Shown: positions 38,158 to 49,400 of the stretch, one piece after another | How positions within the stretch are numbered: position 1 is the first letter of the stretch | Layout: every line of letters begins with the position of its first letter | Assembly (NCBI GenBank): GCA_963514005.1 | Contig: OY740810.1 | Location: 15,810,001-15,874,000, forward strand | Source: Raja brachyura | Taxonomy: Eukaryota | Direction of reading: 5' to 3' | Length of the DNA stretch: 64,000 nt | Notes under the pieces: model-generated | The model's database searches: none | The model's input: the letters and a program-made list of their open reading frames with translations, nothing else | What the model was told of the DNA's origin: nothing | Program-made: the position numbers and the translations under genes

Positions 38158-38515
38158 GGCTGAATATCCCAGAACATGAGCGGGAGTGTCATATTGCAGA
38201 GGAATATGAAACAATCCGAACATTTCGAATTCTGAATATTACTAGGCCTGGACATTGCTGTCCCAACGATACCGAGAATGAATATGGCAGAGGAGGAGTG
38301 ACAATTTCACTCTGGTGCAGTTAGACCTGTTTACAGTCTGAACATTGCAGAGTTTGAATATTGCACAGTCTGGAAAATACAGCTCCAATATTGCAGTTTG
38401 AATATTGCAGGATCTGCATGTTGCAATTTCAACGTTGCAGCTTGAGGCGTTGCAAAGTTTAAATATTTCGACTGTCCGAATGTGCAGATGAAATATCGCA
38501 TGGCTGAACATTGCC
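38158..38515. repeat. Degenerate minisatellite with core TGAATATTGCAG
   Basis: Recurring TGAATATC, CATATTGCAG, TGAATATTAC, TGAACATTGCAG, TGAATATTGCAC, CAATATTGCAG, TGAATATTGCAG and TGAACATTGC. Confidence 0.7.
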
Positions 38516-38879
38516 GGGAAAGGGTGTTGGTGTTGTCTACCCCATGCGGGAGACGCGCCACCTTTGTGCGTTGCTGTTTTTTATTTTATCAATCGCCTCC
38601 ATCATCCGAATATCTAAAAGAAAATGACGCCTTGTGCATAGAATTGAGACTACACCATGAGGATGCGGACGGAGGAAAAACAGTTGGATTGATTTTGCCA
38701 CGCTAGAATTTAGATAAATGGCAGATTTTGGATAAATGCCACGCTAGATTTTAGATAAATCGTTTGGTAATAATGATAATTCATTAGTACCAAACGAATC
38801 TTGAAATGGACTGAAAGATCCACAGTTTAACAATAACGAGATAGATCATAAAATCATAAGTTATCCAATTCTCCCTGAG

Positions 38880-39420
38880 AGAAACAGGGCCTTCCACATC
38901 CCTATACCTTGTCAGCTGTGCTGCCTTCCACATGAATCCAACTTGTCTGTATTCTCTGCCTTTCCCATGCAAGCACATGTCCAAATACCTTTTAAACATT
39001 GAATTGAATCTGCCTCTACCATCCCGTCTGGCAGCTCATTTCAGATAACTATTACTTTCGATGTGAATAAGTTACCCTCAGTTCTCCTTTGTACGTCTTC
39101 CCTCTCGTCTTAAGCCTGGGCCCTCCAGTTGTAGACTCACCTGCTCTGGGGAAAAAAAGGACTCTGACTATCTATCCCATCTGCACCTCTCGTAATGTTA
39201 TATATTTCTAAAAACTCACCCCTCAGCTCCCTACGTTCCAGTGAGCAGACTGGTTGGGCCGAATGACCGAAGTCTGCTCATATGCCTTAGGAGAAGAAAC
39301 ACAGCCTATCCCATCTCTCCTTATAACTCCAGCCTTCCATTCCAAGGAAGTTCTTGTGAATCTCTTCTGAATTCTCCGTATTGCTACCACAGTCTTCCTG
39401 TAATGTGGTGACCACACCGG
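38880..39420 (-). mobile_element. CR1/HER1-like LINE 3' fragment
   Basis: ORF track on the minus strand gives WSPHYRKTVVAIRRIQKRFTR, a typical CR1 ORF2 C-terminal motif. Confidence 0.75.
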
Positions 39421-39992
39421 CAACACGAGAAGGCGCGGAGACTTGTCCCACAGACGAGGAAATGGAGGGATGGAATGGGGAAGATACAACGTTCTCAGAT
39501 AACCAATGTGATAGATGACCGGAAGGAGATTGGGATCTTGCTCTCGTGGCGTGAATAGGGAGCGGAAACAACAGACTCCCAAGGAGTGAGTTTGGTGTGG
39601 GAATTGTCACGAGACTGATACACCGGGATCTTCAGTTTTTAACACGAGATTCCACCATGAAAACGTGCAAAACATTCATTCCTTTTCGTGTCCATCAGTG
39701 TTACTTCCTGAAAAAAAATCCTATTCCTGGGTTTTTAGATGTGAAGTTTAATATTTTATTAAAATCGAATATCCTCTTAAATATAAATTGCTCGCACTTA
39801 AACTCGGGGAACCGCTCCAACCTCCGCAGGGTTTGTTCAGTTTGAATCACTGATTTCCTGATTTGGGTTCATTGTTATGTAGCATTTGTTTGGGTAGATA
39901 AATCTGGGTGGCAGTGGCGTCGAGAATGAGACGGGAGGTGGGCGAGGGGGCTGCATTGGAAGGGGCATTCAGGTTGCTTTGTATGCTGCATG

Positions 39993-40335
39993 GTGAGTGC
40001 GTCAGTGAGTGTGTGAGAGTGTGTGTGAGAATGTGTGCGAGTGTGTGAGAGAGCGTGAGAGTGGGTGAGAGAATCTGAGAGAGTGTGTGTGAAAGTGTGA
40101 GTATGTGAGAGTGCGTGAGAGTGTGGATATGAGAGAGAAAATCAGCGTGAGGGAGTGAGTGTGTAAAAGCGTGTCCTTTTCTGAGAGAGAGAGAGAGAGA
40201 GAGCGGGAGAGAATGTGTGTGTGTGAGAGAGAGAGAGAAAGAAAGAGGGAGAGGGAGAGGGCGAGAGCGAGAGAGAGAGAAATAGTGAAAGAGGGGGGAT
40301 GTGTGGGTATATAAGTGAGTGCGTGAGTATGTGTG
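39993..40335. repeat. Compound (GT/GA)n microsatellite
   Basis: Directly visible. Confidence 0.9.
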
Positions 40336-41067
40336 ACTGAGGTTTACTGCATTTTCCCGACAGCACACGATGTTCACACTAGGCGTTCAGCACATGTATT
40401 TGTGTAAATGGTGGACCCGCGCAGAATGCCGAAGGTAGCCTTGAATCTCCATGGGTTGTCTTTGTTTGCACTAAGCACATTGTGTTTCTTTTTGCACTAA
40501 TATTCTCGTTATCCATTTATTGAATGTATTGATTATTGTGTATTATGTATTCTTTATGTGTGCTGTGTTTGCAGACCTGTTATGGTGCTGCAGGTAAGAC
40601 TTTCGTTGTTCCGTGGTTGGACTACATGACAATTAAACACTCTTAACTCTTTTAGAACTAATGCCTCAGTAACCGGATACTGCATTCTCCCAAGCAGTGA
40701 TCGATCGTGCGCTTGTACAGTTTAAGGTTTGTTTCCAACAAGTATCTATCTAACAGCGAGGCGCGTCCTCTCTCAGAGGACGGCGAATCTCTGGAGCCTG
40801 CAGCCCATGGACAGGGGTGGGTCACAACATGCAGAGTCGCGGGGAAGGTGACTGACTACAGGGACCATTGCAGCAATGTACATCAACTTACCTCTCAGAA
40901 AAAAAACCCCTTTCAGGGGCACACTGTCCAATAATTGACGTCAAACATCGTCCAATTCGACCCTTTGGAGTTTGTGGAACCATCGTTTGATTAGTTCCTC
41001 GTCCTGTCCATTGTGCGCAGGGACAGGTGTGGAATGTAGCAATTTAGATCCACTAATCCTTTAGCCT

Positions 41068-41272
41068 TAACCTAATAACCTTCCCCCTATAAACTTTCAT
41101 CCAATGACTTTTCGCCAATAATCTTTACTCTATAGCCTTTACCCAATAACTTTCCATCCAAAAACCTTCGTCCAATATAGTTCACCGAATAACCTTCACC
41201 CTTAATTTACAGCCAATAAGCGTTTATTAGCAAAGCTTCACCCACTACACTTGACCTAATATCTTGCACCCA
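41068..41272. repeat. Degenerate 14-15 bp tandem repeat, consensus about CCAATAACCTTCAC
   Basis: Units such as CCTAATAACCTTCC, CCAATGACTTTTCG, CCAATAATCTTTAC, CCAATAACTTTCCA and CCGAATAACCTTCAC. Confidence 0.75.
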
Positions 41273-42647
41273 AGTCTCCTTTGATGGATCAGGATTTCCT
41301 TTATTTACCGGAGAGACACAGATTTTGGGTCGCACAGTCCTCTACTATTCCTGGTCCATTTCGGGCCCGCTGCTGTGGGGCAACTGTTTCGGACTGCCCA
41401 TGCCAAGACTGACCAAGTCTCCCCGGGGCTAGAGGTACACAGGATACTGAATTCAGGGATGGAGTTGAATATGGGCATTCACATAAATGGTCAGAGCTAA
41501 ATATTTATCATACACACGTTAGGAATTACCTTTCAGGATTCCTGCGCAAACAGTGCGTCCTTCCTCGTGGATGCCGAATATCTGAAACGGAATGAAACCA
41601 GATTAGTTTGTCCTCGTCACTTGATTTCAGTCATTGCTTTTTAGAAGCAAGCCGTTGCATTTACATTGCGCCTCCGTTGAATGTCCCCTGATGCCTTCGC
41701 AGTCAGGAAGATGCTGTCAGGGAGGTCGTGGTCATCCCTGGCACAACAAGACCCAGTCAATGGCGAAAGAGACAAAACGGGTAGTTCGCCTGCCCCTGGC
41801 TCCTCGCTCAGACGGAGGTGGCGTGGATCACGTAACATGAATAGCGGATTGGTTTTATTTCAATAACTGTACTAACGGAGGTTTCCAATTGATCAAGGCG
41901 TGGAAGGCCCCGCGATTAATCGCCCAGCCAAAAGCAAACTCGGCGCCTGCTTTGTGTCAAGAAATACATGTCCAGATAGCACCGATCACGGGTCAAATCC
42001 TGCCACAGATGTTGCGACCAGGGAAAACTTTCTGAAAAGTCATCATTGTTGGAATGAGAAAACAGGAGTACCTTGCGGCAGCAGGTTTCGTAAACACCAA
42101 TGTGATAATGTCCCAAATCATCGGCTGTCGGGGCCAGAGGCGGGAACTGCTGTAACCCGGAGCAATAAATTGATTGCTGCAGAGACACGGTGGGTCAGCC
42201 GGCATGTGTGTTGGACATGTACGGGGCGAGACCCTTCATCTGGCCTCGGGTTTGGTCGATATTGGTAAATATTAACCAGGATAGAGGGCAACTCTGACTT
42301 CAGGGGGATACTTCACATCTGTCTGCAGGAATGGCCCTCAGTTTAACACGTCATTGGGAAGCAGCGACCTCGAATAGTGCTGTACTTCCCCTGTACCGAA
42401 GGAAAGTCAACCTAACTGCAAGCTCAGGTCAACGGGATATAAAGCGAACTCCGCACCTGGAGCGTTGTTCACCCGCGACCTGCGAAGCTGCAGCAGAGGA
42501 AAATCGTTGACCATCAGTGATTATTACTATTATGTCAGAAATATATTGATGCCAAGCGACAAGGCCGCCGAGTTGCTTCCGTGGGGGTAACATGTCCATT
42601 GGGATTGCACAGCGCTTGGTTCATTGTTCAAGATATATTGTGGGAGG

Positions 42648-43010
42648 AGCTCAGTGGGTCAGGCAGCTTCTCTGGAGAACATGGATCAGGCAACATCTCT
42701 GGTGAACATTGGATTGGCGACGTTTCGGCACGGAACCCTTCTTTTGACTGGTTGTAGTGGAGTGGGGGGGGGGGGGACTAGAAGAGCGGTGGTGGCGAGA
42801 CAAAACATGGCGGAATTGTAAAGGGATACGGGGGGGGGGGGGGTGGCGGGGAGGGGGTGCGAATGGTAGATAGTTGGACCAGGTCTTGAAATGAAAAGCC
42901 AAACAGTGTGAGATCAGGATAGAAGAGCGACATGTGAAGCCATAGGGAGGGGAGTAGGTGGAAGGAGACGGAAAGGAAGGAGGAATAGAGAAATGGGTGC
43001 GTAGGCAGAT
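42648..43010 (-). mobile_element. Penelope-derived fragment
   Basis: CTCAGTGGGTCAGGCAGC...GGCGACGTTTCGG...CCCTTCTT then a purine-rich body, as at 6596-7046. Confidence 0.6.
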
Positions 43011-43519
43011 GGGGCACATGGACCAGAGGGGATGATTGCATCAAATTGTTGCGCCTCGCACAGCCAAAGTTTCCCCTTTTGCGGCAGAACCGTCAGCTGT
43101 CTCAGCACCAAGCGCTGGAATTTATTTCCTCAACTCTCTTGTCTTTTGGAAACTCCTGACCTGTGCATGTAACCAAGCATCATGTTCCTCCATGCCAACT
43201 ATGAGGTGTCTCCGCCAATAGGGAGCAGCGGTTGTTGGTAATTTCACACAACCCGAGGAATAAATAGAACGAAGGGAGGAGCTAAAGGAAATAAATTGCC
43301 ATCCCATTGGTGGAATGCATCAGAACACAAGCGTGTGATGAACACGCCATCGCTGGGATCCTTCATAGATTACTCTGGAGTAAAGCCATTAATTCAACAC
43401 AGATCCTGGCACCAACGTCGCATCTAAATATTCAATATTTATCATCCTGGACCCGACCACCGAACCCTCTCTCTGCATCGTACACACAAAGAACTGCTAA
43501 TGCTGATTAATGGACTAAA

Positions 43520-43660
43520 GGAAACAGTACTGGAGTAATTCAACGGGTCCGGCAGCATCTCTGGAGAACATGGATAGCTGATGTTTTCAACCCGAAACGT
43601 CCCCTATACATGTTGTCCAGGGATGCTGCCTGACCTGCTAAGTTACACCAGGACTTTGTC
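43520..43660. mobile_element. Penelope-derived fold-back element
   Basis: GGCAGCATCTCTGGAGAACATG...CCCGAAACGTC...CATGTTGTCCAGGGATGCTGCC. Confidence 0.65.
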
Positions 43661-44550
43661 TTGTCCCATCTCTGCATCAATGAGTTCCATCTTGACATTT
43701 TTTAAAACCTTTGTTCTCCAAGCTTTTCCACATTTGGCCTCTCATCCTATTTGGTCCAGGGTCAAAGTTGTTCAATAGTCACGATTCGGATATTGTACGA
43801 TGTTAAATGTTTTACAGATAAGGATCGCGTGTTCGCAGAGCAGATTGGAATAACTTGGCAATATGTTCGGCACGGATATTGTTCGGTACTGTTCTATTTT
43901 CTATGTTTTTAAAGTGTGCTATAGAAATCCAAGCTGATATTTTAAGTTCCACTGTCACTGTGTTCCGATAGCTCCCGCCATATCCTAAAAAAAATGAGAA
44001 ATACATTTCTCTCCTCTCCATACCTGGGGGATTATGGATTTAAATTCCACGGCAGAGGCTGACCACACAAAATGCAGGCACAAACTCTGGCTCAGCGACC
44101 AAGGAGCGCCGCATGGTCGGAGACACGGCATCCGGAGACCGCTGCACTACGGGAGGGGGAGGACTCAGGGTGCCCCGCTTTGTCAGAAGGACATTACCAA
44201 TAGATTGCCATGTGCATGAATGATTGCTGAAAACGCGCGTGGTGTTGGTGGCACAGTGCCTAGGTGCGCTGCACTTATGAAGCTGCCTCAGAGGCCTTGC
44301 TTTGTTGCTTGTGCAGTGCTGAGATAGACTTGCACCACTGGAGATGCAACCGAAATTTAAAGGTGAACCACAGTCCTCCTTAGTTGAAGAGGATCAACAA
44401 TTCCCCTTGGAGTCATGGGGCCAGTATTTATAGCTCAATGTACATCACTGAGATAGATATCGGATCATTGCCGATCTCTATCTCTATCTCGGATCAGAGA
44501 CTATTAGAGACTTGGTTAGACTATTAGCAAGTCTCTAATAACTTGCTATT

Positions 44551-44567
44551 AGAGAGAGAGAAAGAGA

Positions 44568-44625
<58 letters not shown>
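44551..44625. repeat. (GA)n microsatellite
   Basis: Directly visible. Confidence 0.95.
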
Positions 44626-44628
<3 letters not shown>

Positions 44629-45144
44629 TGTGGGTATATAAGTGAGTGGGTGAGAGAGAGCACATTTCAAACGTATTATATTGGAAGAAGCTGTACACAG
44701 AGCTGAGCGGGTGGAAATAGGGACAGGTGACGTTTTAGGTCGAGGCCTTTCTTCAGACGGAGAGTCAAGAAGCGAAAGGAATTCGAGAGATATAATTGGG
44801 AGAACTTTATCCGAAGGAGATGTTAAGAGATGTCTAAAAACATTTATTTTATAATACTAAAAGTCTGCTTGCTAATGTTTGCACATGTCCATGCCCCCTA
44901 TGCATTATGGTTTGTTCAGCACACGGTTACACCCCTCAATCGGAAAGGCCAATCGGCATATATGATAAATTACTGGTCACACCTTACGCCATTACACATT
45001 CTACCGAATTACGGGTTAACAGATTTATTTAAAAGACAACCGATTCCATACAACTTTTCCACTGGTTTTGAAGAGATCGATGGCCTTCGTATGATTATTT
45101 CCTTTCCCTACAAGTTGATACGTGGAAAAAAGCAGCATCAAAAC

Positions 45145-45635
45145 GCGAAAACAGGCCCTTCGGCCCAACTCGGCCATGCCGACCAAAGTGCCCATGTTCG
45201 TCCCATTTGCCCACGTTTAGCCCACACCCTGTAAATGTCTCCCATCCACGCACCTGTCCAAGTGCCTTTTAAGTGTTATTATAGTATCTGCCTCAACCAC
45301 TTCCTGGCAGCTCGTCCCACACACCCACCACATCCAGCGTGAGGAAGTTCCTCCGCGAGTTCCCATTAAATCATTCCCTCTCATCTTAAACCTATGTCCT
45401 CTAGTTTTTTCTTCTATTCCCCTTCCCTGGGCTGTAGCTATTCGCCGTATTTACGCCCCTCGACTGTATACACCTCTATAAGATCACCCCCTGAGCTTCA
45501 ATGAGTAAAATCCTAGCCTGTCCAACCTCTCGCTATAATTCAGGCCCTCGAGTGTTGGCAACATTCTGAAAAATCTTTGCACAGTCTCCATCATAAAGAC
45601 TCTTTGCCACAGCCGGGTGATCAAAACTGCACACC
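45145..45635 (-). mobile_element. CR1/HER1-like LINE 3' fragment with CpGs retained
   Basis: GAAAACAGGCCCTTCGGCCCAACTCGGCCATGCCGACC...GGTGATCAAAACTGCACA. Confidence 0.7.
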
Positions 45636-46416
45636 GTTTCGCTGTACACGGTTACATCTGGGAATTATAATTCGAAACCATGCAAGATTTACTAACGAAG
45701 CAGACAAGTTGAGAATAATAACTAGAAATGTATTTAAACGTTTAACATTAACGCGTGTCTTTGAGAATTGGCCCAGTTAGACTCTGGGGGTGAGGGTGTG
45801 ACTGGGGAGAGGGGAAATGATCGGACACCGCGGGCAGGAATGCTCCCGCCTAAAGAGAGGCTGAACGCGTTCTCAAGCAGGCGAATCTGCCAAACACACA
45901 CTCTGTAGATATAAAAATGAATTTTACTGTACCGTGGTACATGGGGAAAATAAAGTGCCATTCAACCATTGGCTTTCTGCAAGGTTTTCCAGAAAAAAAG
46001 TTATCCCGAATTAAAAATACCCGATGGGATATTGAACGGAGGTTCACTCGCAGGTGCACGGGGGGCCATTGATTGAGTTCAATAATCCAGCTCATTTCTT
46101 CACGTGTGTCAGACCAGGCCAGATTTAGCTTGTATGAAGTCTGCAAAGTGTAACGCTAGCCTAGACTGGTGTGTACATGCTCGCAATGAACGTCCGGAAA
46201 TAGTCTATTAGAAGGGCCATGATCCGAAACGTCACCTCTCCATGTTCTCCACAGAGATGCCGACTGACCCGCTCAGTTACCCCAACCCTCTGTGCCTTCT
46301 AATCCTCTTTGCCAGAATACACGAGAACTTTGTCGGAGACGGCTGGCGGGAGTTCCGCGCCCCTCCCACCACCCCCCTCTCATCGGCAGATCCCCGTATC
46401 CCTCGTGTTAACCCCC

Positions 46417-46447
<31 letters not shown>

Positions 46448-49400
46448 ACATGCCTCTGACCTGTTCGGCGCGACCACTCTCTGTGTCACATACTTTCGCA
46501 ACTCTCTGGGCTAAGGCATTACTCCTGAGTTGAGCGCTGGATTTACTGACGACTGTCCAGTAGATCTTCATAACTGCTGTTTGCTTTCCAACATCTCCTC
46601 TCATGCTCACCAACGGTGTATCTGCCCCCAGACCGGCTGTCCGCCGCCGCCGGCAGGAGGTGCGGAGTCAATCCCACGCACATCCTTACAACCTTACACT
46701 GGGCACACGCCCAGGCACCTGGCCATTCAATCATTCGCCCTTCCAAATACCCTACTCTGTTGCAGACCAGCTGCCACGTCGGGTTACATCACAGCGATGA
46801 CCATTTGGAAATATTCCAAATAGTCCACTGATCCTTAACCATGTCGCAGGTTCTGAAGTTCGGACTCCTTTAGTTAATTCTTGACCCTCGTTCTGTTTCC
46901 TGACGTCATAAAACAAGCCTCAACGTGTTATGCACTCTTCACTCTGGTTGTCTCCCTCTTGGGCCGGCCATCTGATAGCCATAGACTGCGGGAACTGATT
47001 CAATGCCGCTCTATCTCCGACCAGCACCCGTCAGACCCTGTGGCTGCAGGAATCACCGCCACTGCGGCGTCCGGGCCTCCAGATCAACCGGCCCCGGCAA
47101 TGCCGCATGATCTGTGAACCTGAGCCGATCCGATCAAGTGAAGGGTCAGAGTCTGCCCCGGAACCCAGTCCTCTCCGTCAGTCCCGGGCGTAGCCCAACC
47201 GAGCTCGTTTGAAATGTACTCGATTCATCTTAAACTGATGGTCGTGTTGAAGCTCGGGCGCGCCCGAACTGAGGGGCAAGGGCGAGGAGAGAGAAATGCC
47301 GCCGCTTTGGAGAAACTTTCTTTAGCTAGGACTCGCAAACCACTGACCTTCTCGGCACCACGGCTGAGCGAACTCGGAGAAATAACGCGACCTGGGCCAT
47401 ATGCACCTCGTTAAATGGTTCTAGTCAACCTTCTAAAATATTCGAAACGAAATGAGTTTGGGGCAAGTGATTTTAAACACATTCCAGGGAACGAAGGAAG
47501 TGTCATCTTTAAGGGAATCAAGTTGTTTGAATCTCATATATTCTAATCCTCAGAACCCTGGGCAGGCGAGCGATGATATCGCAAATTGGCCGGACGGGAC
47601 TCACACTGATAATCCACCCGTTTACACCCGGATTAACAAACCCATCAGATGCTAAATCTCCATCTGTGCATATACGGATTATAGGCATGGAAATCTCACA
47701 CAGATATATAGGCATCATTTATAACAACAAATTCGGGTTACATTTGCTACTCCTATCTCAATGCAAAGTCTACATGTTCTCCAGATATGCCTGGAACTAC
47801 CAACCGCTTGCAACTCACGATTGTTTCTCGCCTTTCGTCCATAGCAAACACATGTAGCAAATATATATTTTAAAAAAACATATTTGACATGGAAAAAGTG
47901 AACGGCTAATACATTTCACGACAACATACTCTGGACAGCTATAAATATCTCATCGCCCCGCTTTTACCCCCGCCCCGCCTGCCATAAACACGTCCACTCA
48001 CATATATGTACAAGACACACACTCACGCGTCCTCCTGCCCCCTCCTATTTATATACACATGAAGACATTCAGATGCATTCTCTCTCGCTCGCACCCCACC
48101 CGTTAACGAATGGGTTGGGCAGTTGCACTAAAGAGAAATAGGAATAATCCCTCTTATACATTGAATAAGCAGTTCCAATGGTTGAGTGAGCATCTTAGTT
48201 CCACAGGTGAACTAAGTGCTTGACATTTTGGGAAAGGTATCATTATACACATCATCCGTGGTCGAGGGAATTGCTGCATCAACGGTGAAGTTTATAAATG
48301 TCACTAGCAGTGAAATGCCAGGTTAATTGTGAACACGTCGAAGCTCTTAAGAAAGGCTGCGTGACTGCAATGTGGCCGGGATACGGGACATTCGCTGGCC
48401 CTGGATGTGCTGGGTGCGAAAGAGCGGAGTCCCTCAAAAAATCGATTTGAAATTCACTTAAAGTGAACGTTGATCGGGTGGGAGGTGAGCTAGCAGTGGT
48501 TTAAGTCAGGAAGCTGACGTCCAGAACAGTGGATTATATTATACTGGAACAGTGGAGATCTCGTCCCCATCCTGTATAAAGATGTTTATACGTTTTCATG
48601 TCGCTTTACGCTTTATCTAGGCGCCGGGGTTTCCCAGTTAGTTTAGATTAGTGTGGTGCTGCGCCGGGAAGGAAGGGACATTTATCGCCAAGTTTAACGT
48701 GTGTTAGCAGGAACACACATTGTCGATGAGGAGGGAAGAGACTCCCCACCTCTTATAAGGATTCGTCAATGGAAAAGGGTAACATTGACAAAGGGTAGGC
48801 CGGATTTATGTAACTTTAATATAATTGATAAAATAGGAATGTTTCACTTTTTTTCTATAGGTGGGCCAATCATAAACAATATTGTTTGCAAATAAAATCA
48901 AGGATGCAACCATTTAGATTTGTAATTCTCCCAATCTCCCTCTTCCTCGCTGCCTCAGGTGCACTTCTCTGGGTCGATGGAGAAATATACAACAGTAAAT
49001 ACGTGAAAGGTGCGTCTCATCGTTTTCTCCGTGTCTATTCTCACTCCGAACTCCCACCTTTTGTCCGGGGTTTGGATAGTTTAACCTTGGGTCGTCGTTG
49101 TCTTAAACTGGGGGTCAGTTTTATATCGAACGCCATGCCAGGTCAGTGTATTTGAACAGGAGGTTACAACTACTGTGCCTCATCACAGACACCGCATCTG
49201 GATCCCGAGGTCTCAGCGGTGTCAAATAATATTTTAAAAATATCATTGTTTCTCCAGCTGAGGCAAAGTTATATGTTCCGCATTTATTCCCGTTGATATC
49301 TCGAGTCAAGCCTTTGGCGTGAGCACACGGTGACAAAAAATAGGAGAGTTATATATATATTCTAACAGTAAATAAGAGCATCTAAAGCGATTAACATGAA

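Noticed and set aside
39847-40377. 176-aa His/Thr/Leu/Ser-rich ORF
   Set aside because: Translation of a GT/GA microsatellite.
38158-41272. Repeat arrays considered as CRISPR-like
   Set aside because: Short degenerate units, no constant repeat-spacer periodicity, no cas genes, eukaryotic context.
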